A stretch of 54,173 nucleotides of DNA, filler included, from Jimgerdemannia flammicorona (lineage: Eukaryota), in NCBI GenBank assembly GCA_003990765.1. It is 3 parts of 3 records of this genome, joined end to end, with 100 filler letters (N's around TTAATTAATTAA, not from the genome) between each part and the next. Parts side by side here need not be neighbours in the genome. Positions count along the whole stretch, not along the records: positions 1 to 17,995 come from RBNJ01002338.1; 2 more parts are not named here. The stretch is one strand, 5' to 3'. Of this stretch, positions 1-10,669 are shown piece after piece. Below the pieces are notes generated by a model. The model had not been told where the DNA came from and made no database searches. It was given only the letters and a program-made list of their open reading frames with translations. Each line of letters opens with the position of its first letter. The stretch's first letter is position 1. Both the position numbers and the translations under genes were made by a program.

Positions 1-710
1 ATTTCGAATGGCTTTTGTTTGGTGGATGTGGCAGGGGTATTCCGAATTTCCCATAGGATCTCAGGTAAGCAGAGGTCCCAATTAGTAGGGTTGACTTGGG
101 CAAGTCCTTTCTTGATGGTCTGGTTCATTCTTTCTGTCATACCATTGGTCTGGGAGTGGTATGATGTGGTCCTTTTGAGGTGGATCTTGTGAATTCAGGC
201 ATAACTTGTGATTATATTGTTGATGAATTCTGTGCCTTAGTCAGAAATAAGTTCTTCTAGAGGTCCATATCTGAGTGTGAGTCCATAGAGGAGGCCTACA
301 ATGGTTAAGGCATCTGTGATTTCCATTGGAAAAGCCTTGGGCCACTTGGTCAGATGTTCTACAAATACAAGGATATATTTGTTTCTTCTTGGTATAACTA
401 GTAGAGGTCCGATTACATCTACTCCCCATCTTTGAAAAATGTGAGTGGGTGGGGGAATTAGTTGCAGAGGAGCTTGGTAGTTCTTCTTTCCTTGGTACTT
501 CTGGCAGATATCACATTTCTGGATAATGTCCTGAACTTGAGTTCTGAGGTGGGGCCAATGTTGATATTGTTTTCGAATCTTGTCTTCTATACTTGTCTGT
601 CCTTGGTGGGCTTTCTGGTGTTCTTTTCGGATAAGATCTTCTTGTGCTTTGATAGTCTGAGGAGCTTCCTTTAGGGTGTAGTTCCTCGGGACACCCTTAT
701 TCTGGTTCAT
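1..710 (-). pseudogene. Family A integrase (partial)
   Basis: H-x3-H...CDIC zinc motif, WGVDVIGPL, ISD, QTNGMTERMN. Confidence 0.92.
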
Positions 711-2170
711 TGGAGCTGACAGGAAAGTACATCAACATTGTTGTGAGCTTTCTCTGCTTTGTGAATGATGGTGATTTTGTAATACTGATGGATGAGAATC
801 CAGTGGGCTAGAATTCTGGTAGGTTCCTTGTAGTTGAATAGCCATTTGAGGGCTGCATGGTCTGTAATCAGAGTGAACCTTTTTCCGATGAGGTAATGCT
901 TGAACAGGGTGACCATCCATATGACTGCAAGGCATTCCAATTTGGTGCTGCCATAGTTCATCTGCTGCTGATTGGTAGCTCTGCTTGCATAAGCTATCAC
1001 ATGGTACTGTTGGTCAGATCCTTCTTGGGCTAGAACTGCTCCTAGACCATCTTTGGAAGCATCTGTATACAAGATGAACAATTTCTGTAGATTGGGGCAC
1101 ACAAGGATTAGTGCTGTAGTCATGCAGTTCTTGAGTTCCCTGAAGGCTTTTTCCTGTAATTCTGTCTATTTGAATGGCACTTCTTTCTTGAGAAGAATTC
1201 AGATTGGGGCAGTGATTTGGGCAAAATCTTTGATAAACCTTCTGTAGTAGGATACTAGCATCAGAAATGATAGTGTTTCCTTTGGAGTCTTGGGTACTGG
1301 CCAATTGTTGATCTTCTTGGTTTTCTTTGGGTCTGTATGAGTTCCTTCTTTTGAGACCATGAATCCCAGGAATTCAAGTTTCTGTTTCCCAAAGTAGCAT
1401 TTCTTTGCATTCAATCTCAAGTGATTCTTACGGGTGAGCTTGAAGAATTCCTCCAGGTGGTGCAGGTGTTCTTCGAAATTTGCTGAATAGATGTTAGAAT
1501 CATTCATATATACAATCAGACAGTAGTGGATCAAGGGGGCATAGACTGAATTCATCATCCTCTGGAAGGTGGGGGGTGCATTGCAGAGTCCAAAGGGCAT
1601 TCAGAGGTATTCAAACAGTTTTCCTAGAGCAAGGAAGGCTGTCTTTTGAATGTCCTTGGGGTCCATGGGGATCTCATGGAATCCCGTGAAGAGGTCCATA
1701 CTGCTGAAGTATCTGGTATCTTGTAACTGGTCCAAAAGGTCATCGATTCTGGGCAAGGGATAAGCATCCTTTTCAGTGACTGAGTTGAGTTTTCTGTAAT
1801 CCACACAGAGTCTCCATCCTCCTTTCTTTGGTACAATAAGTATAGGGCTGGCCCAGGGGCTGGTAGAGGGTCGGATGACTCTATTGTCTAAGAGTTCTTG
1901 GATGTGCTCTTTTTCGAATGTTTTCAAGTGATGGGGTATTCTATAGGGTTTCTGCCGGATGGGTGTTGCACTTCCTGTATTTATGCTATGGTGATATGAT
2001 GGGTTGTATGGTAGGTTGCCATAATTGGTAGTGAAGATATCTTGATATTTATTGAGAAGTTCTACTAGTTGTTGCTGTTGTTGAGGTGTCAATTCTTCTC
2101 CAATGTTGGTGGAAGGCTTCACTATCTCCTGGGTCGCAGAGGGGCCTTTCCTTTCTTCTGGGACATTTTG
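707..2170 (-). pseudogene. pol: Family A reverse transcriptase and RNase H
   Basis: SPWASPILIVPKK, RLCVDYRKLN, YPLPRIDD, MPFGLCNAP, YMND (decayed YxDD), YTDAS, TDHAAL. Confidence 0.95.
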
Positions 2171-2532
2171 CCATTTCCCGATAGGTTTAGTTCATAAACT
2201 TCCCTATGAGTTCAGTTGAGGAAAGGCACCAGATGTCCTATAATGGTTCCTTTTGGCAGGATGATGGTCTCCCAACTTTGGTTGATTGCTCGGGAGTGTA
2301 CTGGATTCATCTTATCTGGGAATGTGTGTCCCTCTATGTCTAGGTGTGGGATATCTTCCTTAGGTTCAAAGAAAAGATTTCTGGGGTTGGGTGGTGCAAA
2401 GATTTCGAAAGTAGTTTGTTCTCCAGGCTCCAGGATGAGATTCTTGTGTAGTCTGACTGGTTGCCGGTATACTTGCTGGGGAATATTCCTCTTGAGGTGG
2501 TTGACTTGGAGGAGATGTACCTCTTTTCTGTC

Positions 2533-2940
2533 TGAACTTCCAAATCCCTTGGCTTGTCTTATTCCTTCAGTTAGTTCAGAGACTTCCTGTAACTGTGGGG
2601 TCTTGACCTTCATGAAGACTGCTTGGGCAATCTTCTGTCCTCTAATGATTTGGTGCCATTCTGCACTACTGTTGTGTAGGATAACCTTGATTTCGTCTAT
2701 ATATCCAGGGTCAATGGTTCCTCCTTCTACAGTTATTCCTTGTCTGGCAAGTCCCGACCTTGAGGTCAGTTGAATATAAGCTCCTTAAGGTGGCTGCATG
2801 GCTAATCTGATTCTGACCATGAAGGTTTTTCCAGACTTGATGGATTCATCCTCTAGGCTGTGAAGATCATATCCTATATCCTCTGGGTGAGCTTTGGTCG
2901 GGGGTTTGGCCTTGGGGTGCAGCAGGGCATACTGGGCAAT
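2533..2940 (-). pseudogene. dut: Family A dUTPase domain (between PR and RT)
   Basis: Five trimeric dUTPase motifs: IGYDL, RSGLA, GGTIDPGYIDEI, IAQAV, RQAKGFGSS. One internal stop. Confidence 0.92.
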
Positions 2941-4249
2941 ATCCTTGCTGAGTTTGGGCTTTCCTAAGGCTGAAGCTCCACTGGTGGAAAGCCTCCAAGC
3001 TCTAAGGTTGAGGTGTGGCCATCTGGCTCCAGTAGAGGGGTCTCAGAGGTAATTGATTCCCCTCCTTCCTGTAGGGTCAAGGGCTTCCATGAAGTTGGTG
3101 GCATCTTCTGCCCATCCTTGACAGGTTACATGTCTGATGAGAGCTAGGATGTCTTCTTCCAAATCATAGATCTTGAGAGTTCTTTTTCCAGGCTTCTTGG
3201 TCTGGCTTTTTCGAATCTGGCTTTTTCGAATCTGGCTTTGGTTATCTCCTTTCTTCAAGGTGTGCACTGCAACATCATGGCTGAGGTGAATCTTCTGGTA
3301 TCTGCAGTCTCAGCAATCAAGGTGTCTCCCATGGTTGCAATTTCCCATTGCTTGGAAATGATGTTCCTGGCTATTTATCTCTTGTTGCCTTGGGAATCGG
3401 TACCCATCTTGATCATAGGTTGGGGGAAGGATAGACAAGGGGTATATTTCTGTTCAGGTAAAGAAGCCTTGTCCCCTAAATCGACTTTGTAACCTTGTGG
3501 TGACTTTTTGGAAGGTGGTAGACTGTGCAAGAGTAGTTGGGGGTTCTGGTCTCTGGGGTCTCTGTCTTTCTTATTGGTCCAATAGATAACACTGATAGCA
3601 GTAGTCTCAGGGAGAGTGGAAGATCATTTGATGTGGACATCTTCCTAGCTGGAAAGCTTTCTCTTGGTGGGTTTCTTTCTTGGGGATAATGGTAATGGTA
3701 CTGGGTCCTTCCTCTGTATTCCAGGGGTCATTGTCTTCAGGTGGTGTCCAGCGAGGGTCATCCCAGGGAATGAGTTTGGGGACTTCTTCTTCATTGGGTG
3801 CTTCTTGTTCAGAAACTTCTTGGTCAGAAGTTTCTTCTTCCTCGGATGATTCTTGACCCCAAATTGCTTGTACTTCTGCAGCTTTGGTTGCAGGTGTTTC
3901 TGGAATATGTCTGCATTTCTTCTTCTTTCTTCTGCATTCTGGGCAGGCTGCGCCAGGTGATTTTCTTGTTCCCATGATCTTGGATGAGTGCTCAGGACAC
4001 TTGTGTCTCTTGAGGCATGTGGGGCATCCTTTGGCTTCTCCTGCAATGGCTCCAATAGTGATAGGGATAGTGTCCTTAGCCCACACATTGTCTTCTGGTC
4101 TGTCATCCATCAGGTTAATTCGGGGATTCAGTCTGGGATCATTTCCATCTTCAGATTCTTCTTCTTCTTCAGTGGTAGATTCTTCACTGCTGGCATACTC
4201 TTCCTGAATAGTGACCTTCTTTTTCTTCTTCAATTGCTCATAGCTGGTC

Positions 4250-4600
4250 ACCTTGACTCTGTACTTCTTGCCTTGGTAGTCAAACTTGAGTACTTGTTGG
4301 CCAATGTCAACAACTGCATTCATCTCCTTCATCCAATTGGTGCCAAGAATCATGTCATAGGTGACAGCTTTAGTGACAACAGCTTTGGGAATGGAGAACT
4401 GAATGTGTCCAAGGGAGATAGTGATATTTCATACTTCTCTAAGGGGTTGAGTTTGGGCTCCATCTGCTACTATGATGCTGAGGTTGGATGGTCCATCAAT
4501 GGGCCATTGGAGGGTGTCCAAGAATCATTTGGCAATAACACAGACAGCTGCTCCTGTATCTATGAGGATTTTTGCTTTTTGTCCTCCAATGTCTCTATGT
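4250..4600 (-). pseudogene. Family A aspartic protease
   Basis: LIDTGAAVCV at ~4566-4537 and downstream ILGTNWM motif. Confidence 0.9.
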
Positions 4601-5196
4601 AAGTAGGTGCTGACATGTCTTTTGGCTGCTTGGACAGGGATGGAGGCTGGTTCTTGCTGTGGGATAGGAACTCGGCCAGTGCTAGACCTGGTGGTTCTCA
4701 GCAATTTGTTTCAGACTCCAGCTAGTGTCAGTTGCAAGAACTGCAGGAGAGGGACTTCCATCTTGGCTTTTTGAATCTTCTGCCAGGCTTCATTGTAAAT
4801 ATCCCTAGGCATGGTCTTCAGGGTGTACTTCTTCTTAGACTTTGGGGCAGCAGGTTCCTGTTCTTCTTGTTCTATTTCTTTATCTTCTGGTGGCAACTCA
4901 TTTGTCTCAGGCACAAAAGGTAAGGGGGTTCGGGGAGGTGTTTCAACTTGTTTCTCCTCATGTTCTTCATCTTCTTCTTGAATGATTCTTCTGCTGATGT
5001 TCCTGGATGGTCTTTCCACAGATCTCTTTCTTTTTTCTGCTAGGTAGACTGTCTTTTGGGTAGTAACCTTAGTAGGATACAAGTCTAGGTCACTGTAGTC
5101 TTTACTGTTGCTTGCTTCCTCGAAATCTTCAACAGGATGGGCTTCAGTCTTCTTGTACTGGGTGTCATTCCTTCGGTTTGGTGGTTCTGAGTCCCT

Positions 5197-6480
5197 TCAG
5201 TTACTTCTTTTGTTGTCACATTCAGTGGCATAGTGTCTGAATTGTCCACAGTAGAAGTATTGGACTTGGGCTCTGTCTTGGGCAGGGTACCTTCTTTCTT
5301 CTTGCTGGTAATTCCTGTTATCTCTTGGTGGATAACCTTGGCTCCTCTGTGGTGGGTATCCTCTGTTGTTTTGGTAGTCCCGATTTTCGTGTGTGGTGAG
5401 TTTTTCAATCTGCCCAACCAATTGGTCTAACTTGGAGCTGAGGTCTTGAATTTCACTTCTATCCTTCTTTCCTTCCTTGGCTGGCCTTCTTTCTTCAGAC
5501 CTTTCTTGTCCTTGAAGGAGTCCTTGCAGGGCTTTGACCAGGATATCTTCTTTATCTTCCTTCTTGTCATGTTCACTCCAGGTAGTTCCTTGCCTGATAT
5601 CAAAGAATCCTTGGGCTGCATCTACCTGCTCTTCAGACCTTCTGATGCCTAGAGTGTGGACATGCTGGGCAATGTTTGGAGGAATTCCATTCATGAAGGT
5701 CATTGGACCTATGATGTCTTGGTTGGTGGCATTGAACCTGGCAGAATACATTCTCTTCTAGATTCTTGTGAAGAAGGCCCTGGGTGATTCTCCAAGATTC
5801 ATCTTCATCCCCATGATGGATTCCTGAGCCTTGTGGCAGGTTTCATTTCCTGCATACTTTTCGATAAGCCAGTGGACCATGGCCTCATATTCTAGCTCAT
5901 AAGACATTGCTGCTTGTATCTGTCTTGCTAGTTCTGAATCTCAGTTATTTGCTGTTCGATGGAAAATTCCTCTGGCTGGTTCTCTGAGCTGGGCTTTGTA
6001 GATGGCTATTTTTCTTTCATCTGAGAGATTTCTCAAGGCTGCAATTCCTTCAATTCCATCAAGGAATTCTCTGGGGTCCTCCTTTGGGTATCCCACAAAA
6101 GTTGGCAATGAGGTGGCCATTTCATCATCACTTTCTTCTGATTCCAGTTCAAGTTCTGATTCTGATTCTGATTCACTTTCTGAACTGTCACTAGAGACAG
6201 GGGTGCTTGGGTATCTTGAAGATGGTGTTCTGGTTCTTGGGCGGGGTAGAATAGGCCTAGGTATCCTTGTAGGAGCTACTTCTGGTTCTGCAAGAGGTTG
6301 TGGTAGGGGTTCTATTAGTGAGATTGGTGGGACTGGTGTGGGGTGTCTGGCTGTAAAGTGCTGGGTCTGGGTAATAAAATCTTCTAGTTCTTGTACAAGT
6401 TCTCCAAAATCTCTGGCAGGGCTACCTGTGTTGTCTGGTTGATCTGGTTGATCTGGTTGAGGATTTCAGACTATACTGCC
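5197..6480 (-). pseudogene. gag: Family A gag (Pro/acidic leader, capsid-like region, decayed zinc knuckle)
   Basis: MATSLPTFVGYPKEDPREFLDG from 6120. YFYCGQFRHYATEC is a decayed CX2CX4HX4C. Start is approximate. Confidence 0.85.
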
Positions 6481-6668
6481 TTCTGCTTCTGGTTAGGATC
6501 CTTCTGATGCTGGATAGTTGGTGAGTCTTGAGGTGATTACTTCTCTTCCTGTCCAAATGCTAGTGATAACTGGTTCTCCTGTAGTGGCAGAGATTGGTGT
6601 TATATCAAATGTATCCAGTTTGACTGTGGGTTCTTGTGAGCTGAAAAGTCATGTCAATTTTGAAATCT

Positions 6669-6685
6669 TCCCAGTTGAGCCCCCA
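6669..6685 (-). promoter_or_regulatory. Primer-binding site, tRNA-Pro type
   Basis: TGGGGGCTCAACTGGGA 2 nt after the LTR end. Reversing CpG decay gives TGGGGGCTCGACCGGGA, close to the MLV-type Pro PBS TGGGGGCTCGTCCGGGA. Confidence 0.75.
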
Positions 6686-6687
6686 AA

Positions 6688-8266
6688 TGTAATGTGCCAG
6701 CTCAATAGCGGCAAATTACAAGGTTGGGGATTGATGTAGTTTGGTTTGAGCCCCCAGTTACTTTGTCAAAAAGCAACAAAATGTTCTAAGATTCCTAAGG
6801 TCCTTGGTGTTTAGCAGTATAATAGTCAAAGCTGGATATCTGCAAGCGATTTCCTTATTGGGACGGTTCTCTGGGTGTAGCGGTAATTTGTATGTCTTTT
6901 CCTTCTTGGGTCAACTGGGAATGGCAGAATTTCGTGTATAGCATGAGCAGTTTCCTTCTTGAGTAGCGGGTGATTTCTGTGTAGCATGATGATCTCCTTG
7001 TGCGTGATGGTCTGGCAATTTAGTGGTTCTCCTTATGCGATTTCTGTGTGATGGTCTTAGTGCGATGATCTTTGTGTAGCGTGACAATCTCCAAAAGTAT
7101 GCGATTTCTGGTGGATGACTCGATTTGGCTCACTGGGAATTGTATGGCATGGATTCTTCCATAACAGGCTCACTGGGAATAATGGATAACTCAGATGGCT
7201 CTTCTGGGGATAATAACTTGGGTTTCTTCCTGATTCGGCAGCTTTTCTGAGAATACAATAGCGCAGACTCTTCCTGAATCAGCAGCTTCAACTGGGAATG
7301 TGGATAACTTGAAAACGGCAAATGATGCAGATTCTTCCTGAATTGGCAGACTTCTTGAAAATGGCAGCTTAACTGGGAATTAACTCAGATGGCATGGACT
7401 TGGCTTCAACTGGGAATATGGTGGATAACTCAAAAATGGCAGGTGATATGGATTCTTCCTGAATTGGCAGGCTTCTGGGAAATGGGATGGCAGCTTGGAA
7501 AGGGTCTCTTGGCAAAGTTGCATTAAGGACTGACTTCATTTGCATGACGGATCACTGTGAAGTTGTATCAGAAACTGGCTTGAGCAAGGCGGCTTTCTTG
7601 AGAAGGCAGAGGATAGGGTTCTTCAGGCTTATCTGGCAAGCATACCAATAGTGCAGCTTATTCCTTTCAGCAGCGGGTTCTTCAAAAGGTGGCAAAGTTC
7701 TCCTTGAACTTAGGCAGCAAACCTTCAGGCTTATCTGACAAGCAAACCAAAAATGAACTTGTTCTTTGTATTGGAAAGTGGACTGGAGTGGAAAGGGGAA
7801 ATAAGCTCACAATCTCCTAACAGTGGCTGTAGAGTTCCTCTCGAAGTGTGGTAGTCAGACTTGTCTTTTGCTTTAATTTCGGACTTTTCGGACTGAGGTT
7901 TTATTCACTCTTACCTCTGGGGTAATTTATACAAGTTGGTTGCTATCTGGTTACTATGTGGCTAACTATAGATTTGCTATCTTCAGTAATGTTTGGATGT
8001 ATCCTCTGGATATAGGTGTGTCCACAGGACATGAGTGTGTCTGCAGGACATGAGTGTGTCCGCAGGACATGAGTGTGTCCGCAGGACATGAGTGTGTCCT
8101 CAGGACACAGGTAAACAATCCTGATCTGATGTCTTGGCTAATTATAAGTGTGGCGGGCATGAGTAACTATGATACACTGGAAGTCACATCATACTGAGTA
8201 AGTATGCTAATTGTTCATGTCATCTGGCTAAGTTATAATTCAGGTGGTACATTTTGGTCTGTTACA
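6688..8266 (-). repeat. 5' LTR of family A (~1.58 kb)
   Basis: Starts TGTAA (8266) and ends TTACA (6688), 5-bp inverted termini, with a PBS right after. TATAAA at ~7931-7926 and AATAAA at ~7905-7900 on minus. No second LTR in the window to confirm the outer end. Confidence 0.75.
8025..8107. repeat. 19-bp tandem repeat (~4.4 copies) in the family A LTR
   Basis: CAGGACATGAGTGTGTCCG-like unit x4 plus a partial copy, with no spacers. Confidence 0.95.
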
Positions 8267-10114
8267 GTATATATCCTAGATTTATCTTTAAACTGTTTAG
8301 TAAGCAAAAATATTTCAATACCTTACAGAGTCTCTCAGATTATTCATATTCAGTAATAAAATATTAGTTATATTATTCATAGGAAATTAATATTATATTA
8401 TAGTCTATCTCCTTTATAATTCTACACTCATCTCCTCTTACACTAAGTTCAGACTATATTTAATAATTGTTTCCTTATCCTTGATCTTCTTAGTATCTAA
8501 TCTAGCCAGAATCTCAGTGATAACCTTATCATTCTTGACCTCTATCTTCTCCTTATACTCCTTATATACTACTTACCAGAGCTACAAACTATACCTCTGC
8601 TTTCACTAGAAAGTAATATACTCTCCAGTATCTATCTCATATCCTTTCTTCTTTAGAAATACTATTAAAACCTCTGCCTTCAGTTTCTCAATCACTCTAT
8701 TATCTCTCAATACTCTCACTAAATACTTCTCACTAATAATATATAAATCTACCTCTCTCAGCTCCTCTAAAGCTAACTTATTTATCATTATACTCATCTA
8801 TTACAGATTACTAATATTTTTCCCATCTGATATCATAGGTCTTCCCTTTTTTAGCATAGTGGTATCTATTCTAGTATTAGTAAACTCATCCCACTCTCTC
8901 TCTAGAATATCTTATAGCTCATCCTCTATCACTCTGACCACCTACCTCTCTTTACTATATATATTAGATACTCTAAACTAAATCTTATATATATCCTCTA
9001 ACTCTATATCCTCCACAATCTTCCTGTTCTGAGTACTAGCTCTCACCTTACACTTCTTCTTATCTTAGATCTTGAGCATACTATCATTATAAAGCTACTG
9101 GCTTCTTACTTCTCTACTCTCTACCATACTCTCTCTCTACTCCCCTATACTATCTCTAGCTTATACACTCACCTTTACACTATCTGAGTTCTCCTCAGCC
9201 CCAGTTACAGGTCTCTTACTCTTATCACCTTATTAATAAAAGTACTCTACATTATTACTAAAGTTAGTCATAAGTCTTCCCAGTAACCTCTCTCTTAGTA
9301 AGCTAGAGTTAGATATTCATATCTCTAGTTCTGAACAAGATCTTCTCCCAGACTCAGAATCTAATATTTACTATATTACTATACTCTACTATAATCTCCT
9401 CTACTCTTCTGCTTATCTCAACTATCATTACTGTATATATCTCTTTTATTAGGAGGTAAACCACTCTTAGGTCTCATCTTAAGTACTGAGCTATCAGTAC
9501 TACCACCTCACTAACTATATATAAGGCCTCCTCCAACAGCTCTGTCTTCTTGAAGCCTATCTCAACTTTCTCCAATCTCTACAGAAACTTTACTAAAGCT
9601 GCCTTAGTCATCTGCTTTACAATTAGTCCTAAAACTATCTTAGTTATTACTACTAACTCCTAGAAGTATAATGTAATAATAAATTTAAAAATTAATTACT
9701 TGAGTAATAGAGCCACCATCAGGTCTATTATACTATCTATTAGGTCTCTCTTCTCTTTATATTACACCTGTTCAGCCTCTCTAATAGTAGTTACATCTGG
9801 ATTTTTTATAAGATTATCTACTATATTACTATTAGTAGTTACACTTTTACCCCCTGCAGTAGTTTCACTAGCTTCTATATCTGTTCTATCAGTTATTGAT
9901 CTACTAGTTCTTCCAGTACTCACCTTTTCCCTATCCCCAGACTTGGTGCTCTGAGTACTCTCAGGCTAATCTCCTATATTTATCTTAATAGTAAAACTCA
10001 TTGGCATCTATCCTCCTCTACCTATACTCAGTAGCAGACTCTTACCAGACCCCCTTACTACTGAAAAACTCTATCTCTATACTATAATTTCTTCTAACAT
10101 ATTGCTACTCAAAT
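8267..10114 (-). mobile_element. Heavily eroded L1/Tx1-like LINE 5' part (putative ORF1 and start of APE endonuclease), interrupted by A1
   Basis: Minus ~8365-8300 reads NILLLNMNNLRDSVRY*NIFAY, like the APE start xIxSLNVNGLR. Upstream is purine-rich eroded coding-like sequence. Left limit is the A1 LTR; right limit approximate. Confidence 0.5.
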
Positions 10115-10122
10115 GTTCCAGA

Positions 10123-10503
10123 TAATGCTTTCAAATGAATCAAATTAATTTAAATTGAATTAAATTGAGAGTCATTTGAATCAAATAAAATTAGAGATTT
10201 TTTAATTCAAATAAAGTTTAAATTGAATCAAATTTGAATTAAATTTAGGGTCTAATTTGAACTCTATTTTTCAAAATATAATAACATAATGAAAATATAT
10301 CCAAATTTAATGATCTTTAGCTTATTAGATTTCTTTTATACATATAGAGAAATCTAACAAGCTAAGAATCATTAAATTTGGATATATTTTTATCACATTA
10401 TTATATTTCAAAAATAGAGTTCAAATTGAATCTTAAATTGAATTGAACCTTTGATTTGATTCAAATTGAATTGAATTGGATCTTTGATTCATTAGAAGTA
10501 CTA
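10123..10503 (+). mobile_element. hAT-like fold-back MITE, copy 1 (381 bp)
   Basis: Termini TAATGCTTTC...AAGTACTA, 8-bp TSD GTTCCAGA/GTTCTAGG (6/8), ~100-bp internal inverted arms centred near 10340. Confidence 0.85.
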
Positions 10504-10669
10504 GTTCTAGGTTTACCTGACCCAGTATATCTGTTAGAACTTTGTATAATCTGTCAGAACTTCTATATAATCTGTCAGAACTTCTGTATATTATTGTATC
10601 TTTTCTCTAAAAACTATATAAAAAGTATTAAAAGATATTTGTATAATGTAAATTATATTGGATAAAAGT

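Larger units (their letters stand above)
1..8266 (-). mobile_element. Ty3/gypsy LTR retrotransposon family A, copy A1 (5' LTR to integrase; 3' end off contig), degenerate
   Basis: Minus-strand domain order gag(CCHC)-PR-dUTPase-RT-RH-IN. 5' LTR TGTAAC...ATTACA is followed by a PBS. Many in-frame stops, mostly TGA at likely ancestral CGA codons. Confidence 0.95.

Noticed and set aside
8025..8107. CRISPR-like palindromic repeats
   Set aside because: Units abut with no spacers, there are no cas genes, and the context is a eukaryotic LTR.
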